A stretch of DNA of 64,000 bases. Source: Fimbriosthenelais zetlandica (Eukaryota). A program made the translations under genes and the position numbers. The notes under the pieces are model-generated. The model saw only the letters and a list, made by a program, of their open reading frames with translations, ran no database searches and was not told the DNA's origin. The stretch is taken from assembly GCA_977030845.1 (NCBI GenBank), contig OZ365115.1:28830001-28894000 (forward strand), in the 5' to 3' direction. This document shows, in pieces, positions 22,367 to 34,300 of this stretch; position 1 is the stretch's first letter; every line of letters begins with the position of its first letter.

Positions 22367-23116
22367 GCCTAATAGGTTCAAAGGCATGACAGTAGGGCCT
22401 AGACATAGGCCTATTGGCAGTCCTATATCATAGCCTATCTGGTAGGCCTATAGGCTATACTAGGCTATAGGCTAAGTCTAAAGTAGGCCACATCACTGTG
22501 TATAAAATCAAATGTTCAATAAAAATAGAAAACTGTGATACATGGCTGATTCTACTCTGTCATTCGGTTGTCCCTAAAAATAATAACGTTAGTGTAGTAA
22601 AAGAATATTTTTCAAATAAAAAAGGCATCCTTGGGGGTAGGCCTAGTCTGACCTATTATGCCTAGGCAGAATGGGGCTAATAGGTCATGCATTTAATTTC
22701 ATTGATTGATCTTTAGAAGGAACTTTTAACAGAAAATCTAAGATGACCAGTTGCGAATAAATAATTATAATCTAATAAGTTATAAAAAGAAAAGAATACA
22801 GGGAATAAAATAGACATATTTTTATGTAAAGTTATTCATGGGCCTGAACACTTTTGTCCTGGGGCTTGGGTCCTTCATAATATCACATGATGTGGATTAG
22901 ACCCTCTCGGTGACCTAAAAGAGGCAAAAGAAAAGAATATTTCTCAGCTAATTTAACCCATACGAACGAAATTTATATCCTCAACTCCGACATGTTCATT
23001 TTCTTCGAGTTTTAATAATCTGAAATATTTTTAAAATGAGAAATATCTTCTCAAAGTCAAGGCCAAGTTTCCTAAACACAACAAAGCAAGCAGCTGCATG
23101 CCTTGTTTTCTGGGAA

Positions 23117-23324
23117 CGTGACGTCACGAGGCACGCTTAGTCACGTGACAGGCCGAGTCATAGTCGCCATTTTTATTGTAGTGGTGGCTGCTGTCAGGAC
23201 TGGAAGGACTAATTGAAAGATAAAACTCTTCAAAATACGGCTTCACGATGCCTTCCTGAATCCACTGCTGAGAACCATCATCATTTTGGCTATATTCTTT
23301 GCAAGGAATTTCCTTTTATTTGAG
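23117..23324 (+). promoter_or_regulatory. Core promoter and non-coding first exon of the SPSB gene
   Basis: CGTGACGTCACG (CRE palindrome, 23117-23128), GTCACGTGAC (E-box/CLEAR palindrome, 23140-23149) and GTCGCCATTTT (YY1-type, 23163-23173), followed by the donor GAG|GTAAGA at 23324/23325. Matching acceptor candidate tattccag| at 26622. Confidence 0.55.
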
Positions 23325-26300
23325 GTAAGAGCCGAGATATTCACGCTTTTCCGGACCCCTGTAACCCAGGGTGAAGGAGGTTCGGGTACTGAGAGCTTGT
23401 TTCGCTTGGGTCCTATGTTGGCACATCACAAATATTACTCAGAAAATATCCCATATCTTCTCTTTACAAATAATATACCTTGAGCTGAATCCTTTTATTA
23501 AAACATTATGTGCTGTTTTGTGAAATTACAGATTCATACTGACTATAGTTTCTTCTAAATCGTGTCTTAAAATCATGTAAATTCTGACAGCTGCATATCT
23601 AACTAACAAACAAAGGCCCGTCGACCTAGCTTGGGCCTTGGATCGCTGGAAATGGTCCACATATATTTCATCTTGGTATTTTCCACTGATCATTCGGGTC
23701 AGAGAATACTTTGCGGACTTTGTTGTACCATGAAGCCGCCCACTATCGTCATACAACGGTAAATATACACAAAAAATGGGTCTGAATGGCAAAGGCAAAG
23801 CTGGTCTTTGTCAACTTGCAGCTTCCGGTTGTCCTAGTGTCACAGTGGCTGGAGGCTTTGTCACTGACTGGCATGTGTTTTAACCTGTTTCTCCTCAAAC
23901 AAATTCTCTCGAAAGCTTTAAAATAACCTTTATTGACAAACTAATGACCAAACCTTCAAACTCAAGACCTAAAGTAAGGCTACCTACAAGAGTTCTATGT
24001 CAAAATGTCCTCAAACTCCGTTGATAGACCCAACCCCATTCACACATGGTATGTGTATTGGGACCTTTAAATTATTTTCATTATGAGCAATCAAAATCTT
24101 CAAGAATAATTAGGCCTAAAAAAGGGTCATATGGAGAGAGGCGTGGCTTCCGACTCTAACGGGTCTTGACATTGTTTGGCTTCTTTCCTTTTTACACCTG
24201 GGTATTAACACCTTATATATGCGAGTGACAATAACAGTTTGTCTTTAGAATGACAAAGCCCCTAGCATCTGTGAAATCAGTGGAGCGAGACCAGCTGACC
24301 CCAGATCGCTCGTCCGTGGCCAAATGTTCCACCCATATCCCGGCCACACGTCCCTTTGTTCGCGGACCCTCGGGGGTTGATGTGTGTTGGCAGGCTTAGT
24401 AATTTGTGGCACATGCATCTAGCGAACCAATAGCATCGGGGTAATATACAGATGTACATTGTGCTAAGCGTGGGCCATATCAGCAGGGTACGCTAGAGAT
24501 GCTTTGTCAGTATTGTCCATTCTATACATATAGGACGCCACACCTACATGACATGTGCAGCTGCTTTTAAATACCAAGGGGGGTAAGCTTCAGTACTCCA
24601 GGACAAAAACCCAGGTAAAATATTTTATATTGCAGAATAGTAGTCCCACATACATTTAACTACTTTAGACAAATTATAAAGCTTCAATACCTGATGGGAA
24701 ATCCCGAGGTCATATATCAGGTATTTTGCTTTTAATTTTAGATTCTTTGCCAGATTTATTTCTGATGAATACACAAATGGATAGGTATTCATTTTAATAC
24801 TGACAAAGAGCTATGAAGCTTTTTCATTCATTCACTGGTCTTGTGATAAATAATATTCCACTGAGCTGGATCTACTGACCTATTTGTTCACATTTGACCC
24901 TGGAGACTTCTCGTTTTACTTTTGCTCTGTTAGTCATGAACCCGTTGTTATGAACACAAATAGAAAACTGGAGTAAAGAATGCCGTCAGTTTCCTGATAT
25001 GGGTCGTAGAAGATGATGTCATTTCTTCTACTACGAGATTACAATAAGTATTATAGACCTGGGGTAAGCCTTTAGGTTTGAAAGCTGACGTATTCTTGAT
25101 CTTCACAATCACAGTTCCCGGGTCCTCTAAACGTGAGACATCGCTGTGGAACTTATTGAGAGTTTTGTATTGTTTAAGGCCTCAGAGAATTATTTTCTTG
25201 GTTATAGACCTATATCTAAAACGGGACACAAATATATATGTTTTGGAGATGGACACTCTCAGGCCCTCTCCGGGTCGTGCTGAAATACACATGGGATATT
25301 CAGGACTAATATTTTTAAAAGTTTCATTTTTAAAATCACGTCCCTGACTACAAAAGCATGGGAGCCTTGCGGTGGACCAGAATTTGTGAAAACAATTTTT
25401 TGAGGGAGTGAGAATCGTGAGTGTACTAATATTAAACTTCCATCAGACCATGGAGTAATGTTTTTATATTTAAACAGCAGAAACCGAAACAAAATATTCT
25501 TTTTATCCTCTCAAAGTTCAGACCTTTATTTACCTTCTGTAGAAATGGAGTTTTGTGAACATAGTCTTTATATAATAGCCTCATTTGTCGCTTTGTATAC
25601 TCTTGGCATGATTTCAAAAATCAAGTCCAGTTGCAGGCACATTTATCAGATTATTAAAAAAAACCTTAACTTCCTACTTTTAGTAGTATGAACTAAGGTT
25701 AGGGGTGTTTTAACATTTAATTTTCTTGCATCATACTTGGAAATTGTGCTGATGTAAGAATTGAACCTGCACCTACTTATATTTGCATGTTAATAATGAC
25801 CCAGCTTAATTTTCAGTGAACCTGAGAGCCGTTGTACATTCTGAGATCTACCTCTTTGATTAAGTACAGTATTTACAATGACCAATCCTTGTCGAATGGG
25901 ATGTTTAGAACTCCGATAAGACGCCCAATATATGTGTCAATTGCATCCTGTTTTGAACGGAATTTTAGTTCAGTTGAACTAAAGTTGAAAAGTTTAAGGG
26001 CAACCTACACATACCTTTGTTATTATAATACAATCACAAATACCTAGGATTTGAGAACACATTTTATTTAGGTCAACGTAAACAAACATAGCAGTGTAAA
26101 TTATTATATTTCGAAACTTGAATATTTTGATCATTAGTTATAGGTTAAAAGCATGCAACTGATGTCGTGGCGTGGGAAGTTTCCCCTACATTATTTTCCT
26201 TTTGTTACAAGATGGTTATTTTTCTTTGAATATATATTATTTATGGTTTCATATTCATGTAGTGGGGAGTTCCGGAAAGGTCTGAGGATAGACATGTCCT

Positions 26301-27124
26301 TTGTACCGAGAACTTGCATTATGTCATCTCAAAAAATGATTCATGTCGCCCAAACTATAGAACTAGATTATCTAAACTGTATATTATACTATACAATGTA
26401 TTATTATACCTAACATGAGTAGGCGGGATTTGGGTCAGTACCGTACTTCTCCAAATAAGCAGCTTAACCTAATCAGGATTTAAGGCCTGTTCATCCTTTG
26501 TGTAATTTATCTTCTTAGAACTACAAGTACATTAGTCTGAATGGATGAAGGAGTGTTTATCCTGAAAGGGGACAATCATAAAAACAATGAAATTTATAAA
26601 GTAATGTTATTGTATATTCCAGGTTTCTTCTTGCAAGGTAAAGACAGCAGCCTACCTTCCCACCACTACATACGATTCTGAATACGTGTGGATTACAACC
26701 TGAGCGACTTCTAACCAACCAAGACCATCTGTGTCTACCAGTCAACTAGTGTGTTCGTCCCTACTAAAATACATCAGTATCTCGTCATCTCATCAGTTGA
26801 TCTCGTTGCATCATTGGCCTGTGTATTATCTGTTACCATCTGGTCAGCTACAACCCCTGTGGTACCCCATCTACTCTTGACCGGTCCAGCATCCTGCCTC
26901 ATCCTAGAGGCTTCTTCGGATCAAGTGGACCGACTTAAGAAATAAGAGCAGATAAGTGGGGCCCGACCGACCTGGGATCCAGTGTATAGGATCTGGTCAT
27001 ATCAGGGGGCACATCCCCACTCATGAGGTCCAGTATATAGGTGTGAGGGAGACACCAGGTTAGCAGGGTGGGGCGTACGGGTAATACCAAAGTGGAAGCG
27101 GTGCAGGCCGCTCCGTCCAAACCC

Positions 27125-27827
27125 ATGAACATGGGCCAAAAGGTGTCGGGGGGCATCAAGACCATAGCGAGGGAGCCTACTTACAAGGCTCTCAGTCGCG
27201 AACAAATTATGTACAATCCAGATTTCCAGAAGCCGAGCCGGCTGGACATGCTACTAGACATGCCTGTGGCACCGAAGGAAATCCAGGTGGGACAGTCCTG
27301 GAACCCAGACGACCGATCACTGAATATTTTTGTGAAGGAAGACGACCAGTTGACTTTTCATAGACACCCAGTAGCCCAAAGTACAGACTGTATCCGGGGC
27401 AGGACTGGTTATACACGTGGGTTACACGTATGGGAAATACACTGGAGCACTCGGCAACGTGGTACACATGCTGTGGTGGGTGTGGCCACTCGTGATGCCC
27501 CACTCCACTGTGTGGGCTACCAGTCACTTGTGGGATCTAATGCAGAATCATGGGGCTGGGACTTGGGGAGAAATAAGCTCTATCATGATATGAAAAACAA
27601 TCCGGGTGTCACCTATCCAAGTATTCTAAACTCTGATGAGAATTTTGTTGTGCCAGACAAGTTCCTCGTCGTATTAGACATGGATGAGGGTACATTGAGT
27701 TTTGTGGTTGATGGACAGTATCTTGGTGTGGCTTTCAGAGGCCTCAAAGGAAAGAAACTTTACCCTGTTGTCAGTGCAGTGTGGGGCCACTGTGAAATAA
27801 CAATGCACTATATAGGTGGATTAGATC
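27125..27827 (+). CDS. SPSB1: SPRY domain-containing SOCS box protein (SPSB1/4, gustavus orthologue), coding exon 1
   Basis: [13 protein letters not shown]...RLDMLLDMP...[35 protein letters not shown]...[11 protein letters not shown]...[23 protein letters not shown] closely matches gustavus/SPSB1 as I recall them. The start is ATG 27125 or 27131. Donor C|GTAAGT. Which vertebrate paralogue it matches (SPSB1 or SPSB4) is not resolvable; an invertebrate copy is probably co-orthologous to both. Confidence 0.95.
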
Positions 27828-28209
27828 GTAAGTCATTACATATAATAACTTCTATTTTATTGCACATCACTAGTGAAACATGATTTAACCCTAGATTTTC
27901 TTCAGTACATATTTTAATATATTACTGTCCTAGATATCGTCCAAGCAAATATTTTAATTCATTTGTTAAAGTTTAAAAAAACGTTGTGCTTCAAATTATA
28001 TTTCCATTAGTTTAGCGTTCCTAATAGTGAAGTAATCTTGATATATATTGTTTTTAATATATTGATATTAATATTGAGAAAAAATTCCCTCTTCCATTTT
28101 TATGGAAATATTTTATAATATATTGACATTATTCCACCCACAATGTCATTAAAAACTTTCCATTTATTTTAAATGATTATTTATGTATTTCTATTATTTT
28201 TTTTTACAG

Positions 28210-28337
28210 CTGAGCCATTGCCGTTAATGGATATAGCACGGCGGGTTATACGACAAAAGCTCGGTAAAGACAGACTCCATGAGATCAACAAACTACCACT
28301 ACCCAACCCACTCAAGTCATACCTACTCTACCAATAA
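28210..28337 (+). CDS. SPSB1: SPSB coding exon 2 (SOCS box)
   Basis: tttttacag| acceptor, phase 1. Reads (P)EPLPLMDIARRVIRQKLGKDRLHEINKLPLPNPLKSYLLYQ* (SOCS box), TAA at 28335-28337. Total 274-276 aa. Absent from the ORF track in this frame. Confidence 0.93.
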
Positions 28338-28463
28338 CCCCGAGCAAGCGTGGCCCCGCACGTCTCAACCCCACGCTGCAAGCTGCGGTCACCGAGCAAG
28401 GACACCTACCCCCTACTACTACCCCTCTCCTTATAAACGCTCTCTACCCAGGATGCTCTACCA

Positions 28464-28477
28464 GTTACCATGGAAAC
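28464..28477. promoter_or_regulatory. RFX X-box
   Basis: GTTACCATGGAAAC, in the SPSB 3'UTR. Confidence 0.5.
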
Positions 28478-30208
28478 AAGTCAACAATAGAAGCCCCAAA
28501 GTGTGGCCTCTCCGTGGATACTAAGTAATCTATGATATAATGTGTATATTCCACTGTCCATGCTTTTCAGTGGCACCTTAAAGCCTTACCCCAAATGTTG
28601 TTCCATAGACACATACGGGGCATAACTTATAAGATTATCTGGAAGGTCACTACATGATGGGTTTTACCTTCAGTGTCGGTTTTATTCAGTGGCAAGCAGC
28701 TGCTGCTCTGTCTAATGTATAAGGGTGGAGATTGGGTGTGTTCGGAAGCTGGTTTTTCAGACATAATTGTCCCAGGTTGCTGTGCACTTATTTTTCTTCT
28801 TTCTAAAAATCTATAATTTATAAGGTGCTCATGGTGATATAGTAATAATATGAAATATATAAGCCTGGTGATGTTTGATGATAATATAAGCTTTATACCC
28901 GCCCCTTACTTCCCCCTTTGTTGGATTGTTCATAGTGTATAGGAACAACCCAAGGTGGGAAAGAGGTGGCTATGGTCGGCTGCTAGTCATAGTACAAACC
29001 CCAGACCCTGGAACACCCTGATATCCCCCCCCCCCCTCAAACCCCCACCCCCTCACCAACCACTCCTGTGCCAACAACTTATCATTGGTGAAAACCAGCT
29101 TGAGTGGGAGAAGAATCGGTCATGAGAAAGAGAGGAAGACGAGTGTTATTAATAAGCATTGTAATGTAATGCCAGCCCAAACAAGTGCTACCTATGAGGA
29201 TATTAATTACCCTTTGTGCTTCCCTTCCTCCTAGTCATGCAATGCGCAATGTGTAATATTAGGTCCGCATACAACAGCTTGATTGGTTTGCTGGTTTGTC
29301 TTTGACAGCCGAGGCACAGGGAACGATCTGAGTTTTGTTGGCTGTGTGATATTTGAGTTGATCCAGTGGTATACTGAGTAGCCTGGCCCCCCATTCCCTA
29401 CAAAAAAGCTCTCAGTTCTACCTTATATGGAGCCTCAACGCACCCCATATACAGATCACTACCCCAGAATTTTAAACTCTTTTCTCAGCACCACACCCCC
29501 CTACCCCCTCTATCTCTCTCTCTATTATTCTCCCATAGATCTCCCCTTCTCTCTCACCACTCAGACCAGAGTGTATATATGTGTGTGATACAGAGTTGGC
29601 ACAATTCCTTCAACATATATGCCCTGGGAAATATGAGAGGTGAAGGCCCAGATTCTACTTTAGCCAAAGGCAGGGTACCTCAACCCTGCAGACGTAACTT
29701 GAAGAGAGTCCAATAGAAGTCCACTATAGAGGGATGGGATCAGTATTGTGAGGGAAAGTAAAAAAACGCCCACTGAACAAGTTGGCCTGTATGTCCAAGA
29801 TAACGCACTGTGCCAGTGTGTGTATATATTTTAACTAGGTGTATAATATATACATTAGTGGGTGAATGTTTTTAATGTGTGTAAGTGTGGAGGTGAACTA
29901 GCAGCTGCTGCCCTGATGAAACTGATGGACTAGACATGGACTGGTAGAGATCCTTACTTCTATTGTACATAGTCATTGTGTTCATATTAAAGGTGGACAC
30001 ACACCTGGAATCTTAAACGTATATTATATATTATGATGATATGATGCGTGACCCTGTCTCCAGCCCGATTCTCTGCCCGGGTGTAGGACAGACTATTCCA
30101 TATCTGCTCATTGTATACTGTCAAAGACCATCCATCATCGCCACATGTATATAACCATTTAGTAATTTAAAACTCTAGGTTTTACATTGGTGTGTCATTG
30201 ATGATTAA

Positions 30209-30253
<45 letters not shown>
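30209..30253. repeat. (GAT)15 microsatellite
   Basis: Uninterrupted trinucleotide run. Confidence 0.95.
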
Positions 30254-30256
<3 letters not shown>

Positions 30257-33200
30257 AATTCTACTATTATCAGCGTATCCTTGGTGATCTTATGTGTGTG
30301 CAAGGTTCAATTTGTCAAAAAGGTAATTATACTCAATATCCCATATAGAAAGATAATAATTCAAGCCAATGTTGTGTTTTATGGAAATATTTCATGTCTT
30401 TTACCATGGCTTGGTTGACTGGATTTTGTCATCTTAAATAAGGGCGTCTTAGTTTTTGGATATGCTTGGAAATTATTCAATGGGGGATATTTTAGAATAA
30501 TGTTATTTAGAATTTACTTTGCCTTGTAAAGGCGGGTTTAGCAGGTTGATTTACAGTTCAATTGCTTTTTATTCAGAACTTGGTTTATTTTTCTTTAGAT
30601 AATTTATTTTTTCCTTTTATTGTTGTTTCTTCAAAAGAAACCTTTGCATAAATCGGGAGATAGGGCCTGGACCAGCGCCTTTTATATTAGAATTAAGGAA
30701 AATCTTCACTATTTTACATGGAAGAGTTTTTTGCAGGACTTGCCTGATTGCTATTTATTTCTATAATAATAAGATCGCCCATGTGAGTCTGTTCTTGGCA
30801 CTACAAAGTGTTAACAAGCGCCAAGTCTGTTGTCAAACTTTTATGAGAAATCATTCCCTGTGTGGAGGGGCAAGAAGGTGCAGACCGTATCGTTCTGATT
30901 ATTAAAACAAACTATGTGCAATATATTCGTTGGAAGGGAAAAACGACCTTTTGTCTAACGTGTTTGTATGTACAAATGTACTGTAAAAAGCTAGTGTGTT
31001 GTGCGACGGGGGGTCTAATTTTATAAGTCTGTTGAAATATTCATCTTTCGGGTTTCCTTCGACAACCTAAATTGCTCATCATGCAAAGTCTGGACAAAAT
31101 TGTTTTGGAAATTTAAGCAAAATTATTGAAATTGTTTGAACATTGTTCCTCTTGGCTCGTTTTAATAGTCGAATGTTGGTTCATTTTGTGCCTAAGAAAT
31201 TGAGACTTTGTATTTTGAGCAGTTTTATATAATATTGTCAAGTTCTGAGATGATTCGTTTAGATTTCCTAATATATTATGTTCCCGTTCTTTACTTGGTA
31301 TTGACAGATTTCCTACTAGGGAAGATTTAGGTATTTTTTCATCGGGTCTTCCCACTGCATTTCTTTGTGCTTCACTGTGGTGAAAAATCTCTTTACATGT
31401 TCCTTCAATATTATTTCTTCACCTTTGATAAGTTACTTGTTGGTATTCGAAACTATTTCAATTTCTATGTGAGATTCATAAAAAAAATTGTGTATTTACT
31501 GTAAAATTATTTTCCCCAAATTAATCCCTAAAAATTCTTGTAATTTGAGAGACTCATCCAGTTTGTTGTACAGTCAGTTCTGATTAATGAAGAAAAGGTT
31601 CCCATTAGGTTCTCATTCGTGTCCGTGCCAAATTGTGATACAAAAAACAATGACTCATTATCAATACTTATGGGGCTAATGAGAAAGTTGGTGACAAGTT
31701 GCTATCTATCATACATTTCTCTCAGAACTCCATAATCACAAAGTTTCTTGGATTTGTGACAACCATGTCTTCATCATGTAAAATAATCTTGAAAAAGAAA
31801 ACATCACTGTCTATACTGCATGATATGGAACATATTTATCTGCTGTAGTCGTAGTCTATTTATCCTGAAGATACAGACGTTTATTTATTGCAAACTGTCG
31901 TTCGGCTTAATTGAAAAAAATAATTATTTATTGTGCGGCGTGTGACTACAGGGTGGATTTTTCTCGATCTGGGAACACAAAAGACGGGATGAATCCACTT
32001 TGTATTGTTCTTAAACCAAGGAGACATTCACTTGTATAGGAAAGATTGTAAGGTTGCCACATTGTAAGGATTTGGATGGGAGCCCGTGGGGTAGTGGTAT
32101 TGCCCCTACAGGCTCAGCATACATGGCCGGTGTAACTGTGGGTATGGGAGATGAGTGAAGTGGCCAGCAGGATTTGTTTTAGTGGCTGGCGTTTTAGTTG
32201 TTTCATCTTTAGTAGCCTTCAGTGTGTGTGCGTGTGTTTGTGTAACGTTGTCCCTTTGTCCCCGACCAGTCCTGCTCCGAAAAGCGATCCCAATATTGCA
32301 CACATCCTTAGTATAAGTAGGTATCTAAATTATATATACACATCATATATATTACAGCAACGTTGTCACTTGATATTGGATTTTATTTTCCTGATATGGC
32401 TCAATATTGCATCGGTGTTTTATCAGTGCACCAGTTATAATTGCATATTTAGTTGACGTGTATAACTTTTGAATCTGATCTGTAAAATTGGCTACGAAAT
32501 TAATGTTCAATTGGGTGTTTATTCATAAATGTCGAATTATTGTCAATTTATTTGGAAAAAAAAAATCACTGCATATTAGGTTTTTTTTATTGACCAGAAG
32601 GAATAATCAGTTTCTGTGTATACATCAACTAACACGCTGATATTCTTTAGCCATTCATATGACAATCTACCCTAGATCTGAGATGTTCAGTTAAAGTTCA
32701 ACATAAAAAAAAGAAACAATTGGTCGATATTATACACTGATCTCATCATACTCAGTATTTGAGCGGAGGAATGTTTGCAAGATGTTTTTAATGAAAAATT
32801 TCTGTTCTCAATTTCTGGGGCATTGTTTCTTAATCAGTTCTCTTGATATTTATTATGAACTGGGCCCCTGATATACTAACAAGATCCAAATATTTAGTAT
32901 ATTTATCTGAGGGACTGCCCATTGCCATATCTAGGAACAGAATGTGATGTGGTTATGCGTGATGCAATGAAACTGTTCTATTTAAGGATTAGTTTTTGCA
33001 CTTTTAAATAGCAAGGATCAGCTCATTTGGGCCGATTCTTTTTAACGATCTGGGTTTTTATTCTTCCAGAGGGCTTTATTTATAATTTATTACTAGTGTT
33101 CGCTTCAGCTACATGCTATTTTTTTTTTTTACACTATTTAAGGTTGTTGATGCACCTCTTTTCTTGAAAATCTTGTCAAGGTGGTTTTAATACTTTTCTA

Positions 33201-33472
33201 TAGTTTAACAGGAAGTTTTAGGAGTTAGTGACTATTGATTTGTGTATATTTTGGGGTAGCTTTTGATGGAAGACTGGTCGTGGACGATGAGATCCGTAGC
33301 TCCGTGTTTTATTTATATATGATTATTATCCTGACGTTATCCTGCGTCATTATATGACGTGAAGATGATCACGTCACTCAAGAGGTATTTTTTTCTTGTC
33401 ATCCTGAGCCTGCCTCACTATGCGGGTTCTACATCTTCGTCCTTATCCTGGATGTATGCGACTTTTCAGTGT

Positions 33473-33478
33473 AATAAA
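33473..33478 (+). terminator. Candidate distal polyadenylation signal of SPSB (implies a ~5.1-kb 3'UTR)
   Basis: First AATAAA I found after the stop at 28337, followed by T/GT-rich sequence. Weaker ATTAAA variants lie at ~29986 and ~30902. Confidence 0.35.
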
Positions 33479-34098
33479 TTTTAGTATATAATTCATGACT
33501 TGACGACTTTTGTTTATTAATGGCACCTGTATATGTAACTGGTCATATATAATATACATGTAGGTCCATGGATCGTGATAACATTTAATAGGGTCACATT
33601 TCATATTTGATCAACAATATGGATATTTTTAGAACTACATGTAATCGGTTTTTTACTGGGGGGTTATTTTATTTACGCCATATTGAAAACCATGGAATCT
33701 CGTATCAATGCACTATAACTAATATAAGACATCGACAGTCCTTATTAGCTGTAGTGCATGATACTGGATTCAATAGAGTTCAATAAATTAATATAATGAA
33801 CGAAAAAAAAATGAATGGCATCTTTCCTCTACCCCCCTGTAGGTTCTATAGTCCTAAGCCAAATAATAAACAGCTGTTTTAACTCAAGAAATTGACTATA
33901 ATTATACAGGTAATTATGATAGAAAAATGTTTATTTACATATAAATAAGTCCTTTTCATTTTGGCCTTCCTAAAATATATCATCCATAGTCCCTTTATTA
34001 TTTAATAATACTAAAAACACCCTTTTAATCTAGTCCAAAGACTATTATATGGCTACATTTGGCCAGCCATAGCATCTGTTGGTTAGTTCCTGCCTCAT

Positions 34099-34115
34099 CC
34101 ACGAGGTGGCAGCAC
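34099..34115 (+). promoter_or_regulatory. Strong CTCF-like motif
   Basis: CCACGAGGTGGCAGCAC fits the CTCF core consensus. It lies between the SPSB 3' end and the next promoter candidate. Confidence 0.5.
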
Positions 34116-34139
34116 TGAGCCGGCAGCAGCCTCATTCTC

Positions 34140-34300
34140 GCCTCGGCCGGTAGAGTACTTCCGGTTAGTAATCTATTTACCACGAGCAGCGAGCACCCAA
34201 CCACCACGCAGAACCTAACGCGGATATAAACATACATTACACCATGTGAAACACCCCGCCCGTGTATTTACCCCTCTAGAGACATTCCTCCCTGGTAAGT
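34140..34300 (+). promoter_or_regulatory. TATA promoter and short first exon of an unidentified plus-strand transcript
   Basis: CpG-rich patch with ETS site ACTTCCGG (~34157-34164), TATAAA at 34225-34230 and consensus donor CTG|GTAAGT at 34294/34295. Confidence 0.4.

Noticed and set aside
27023-27124. GTG-initiated N-terminal extension (27068) and short uORF MRSSI* (27023-27040) of SPSB
   Set aside because: Homology starts at MNMGQK/MGQK. There is no evidence that the GTG or the uORF is used; it would need Ribo-seq.
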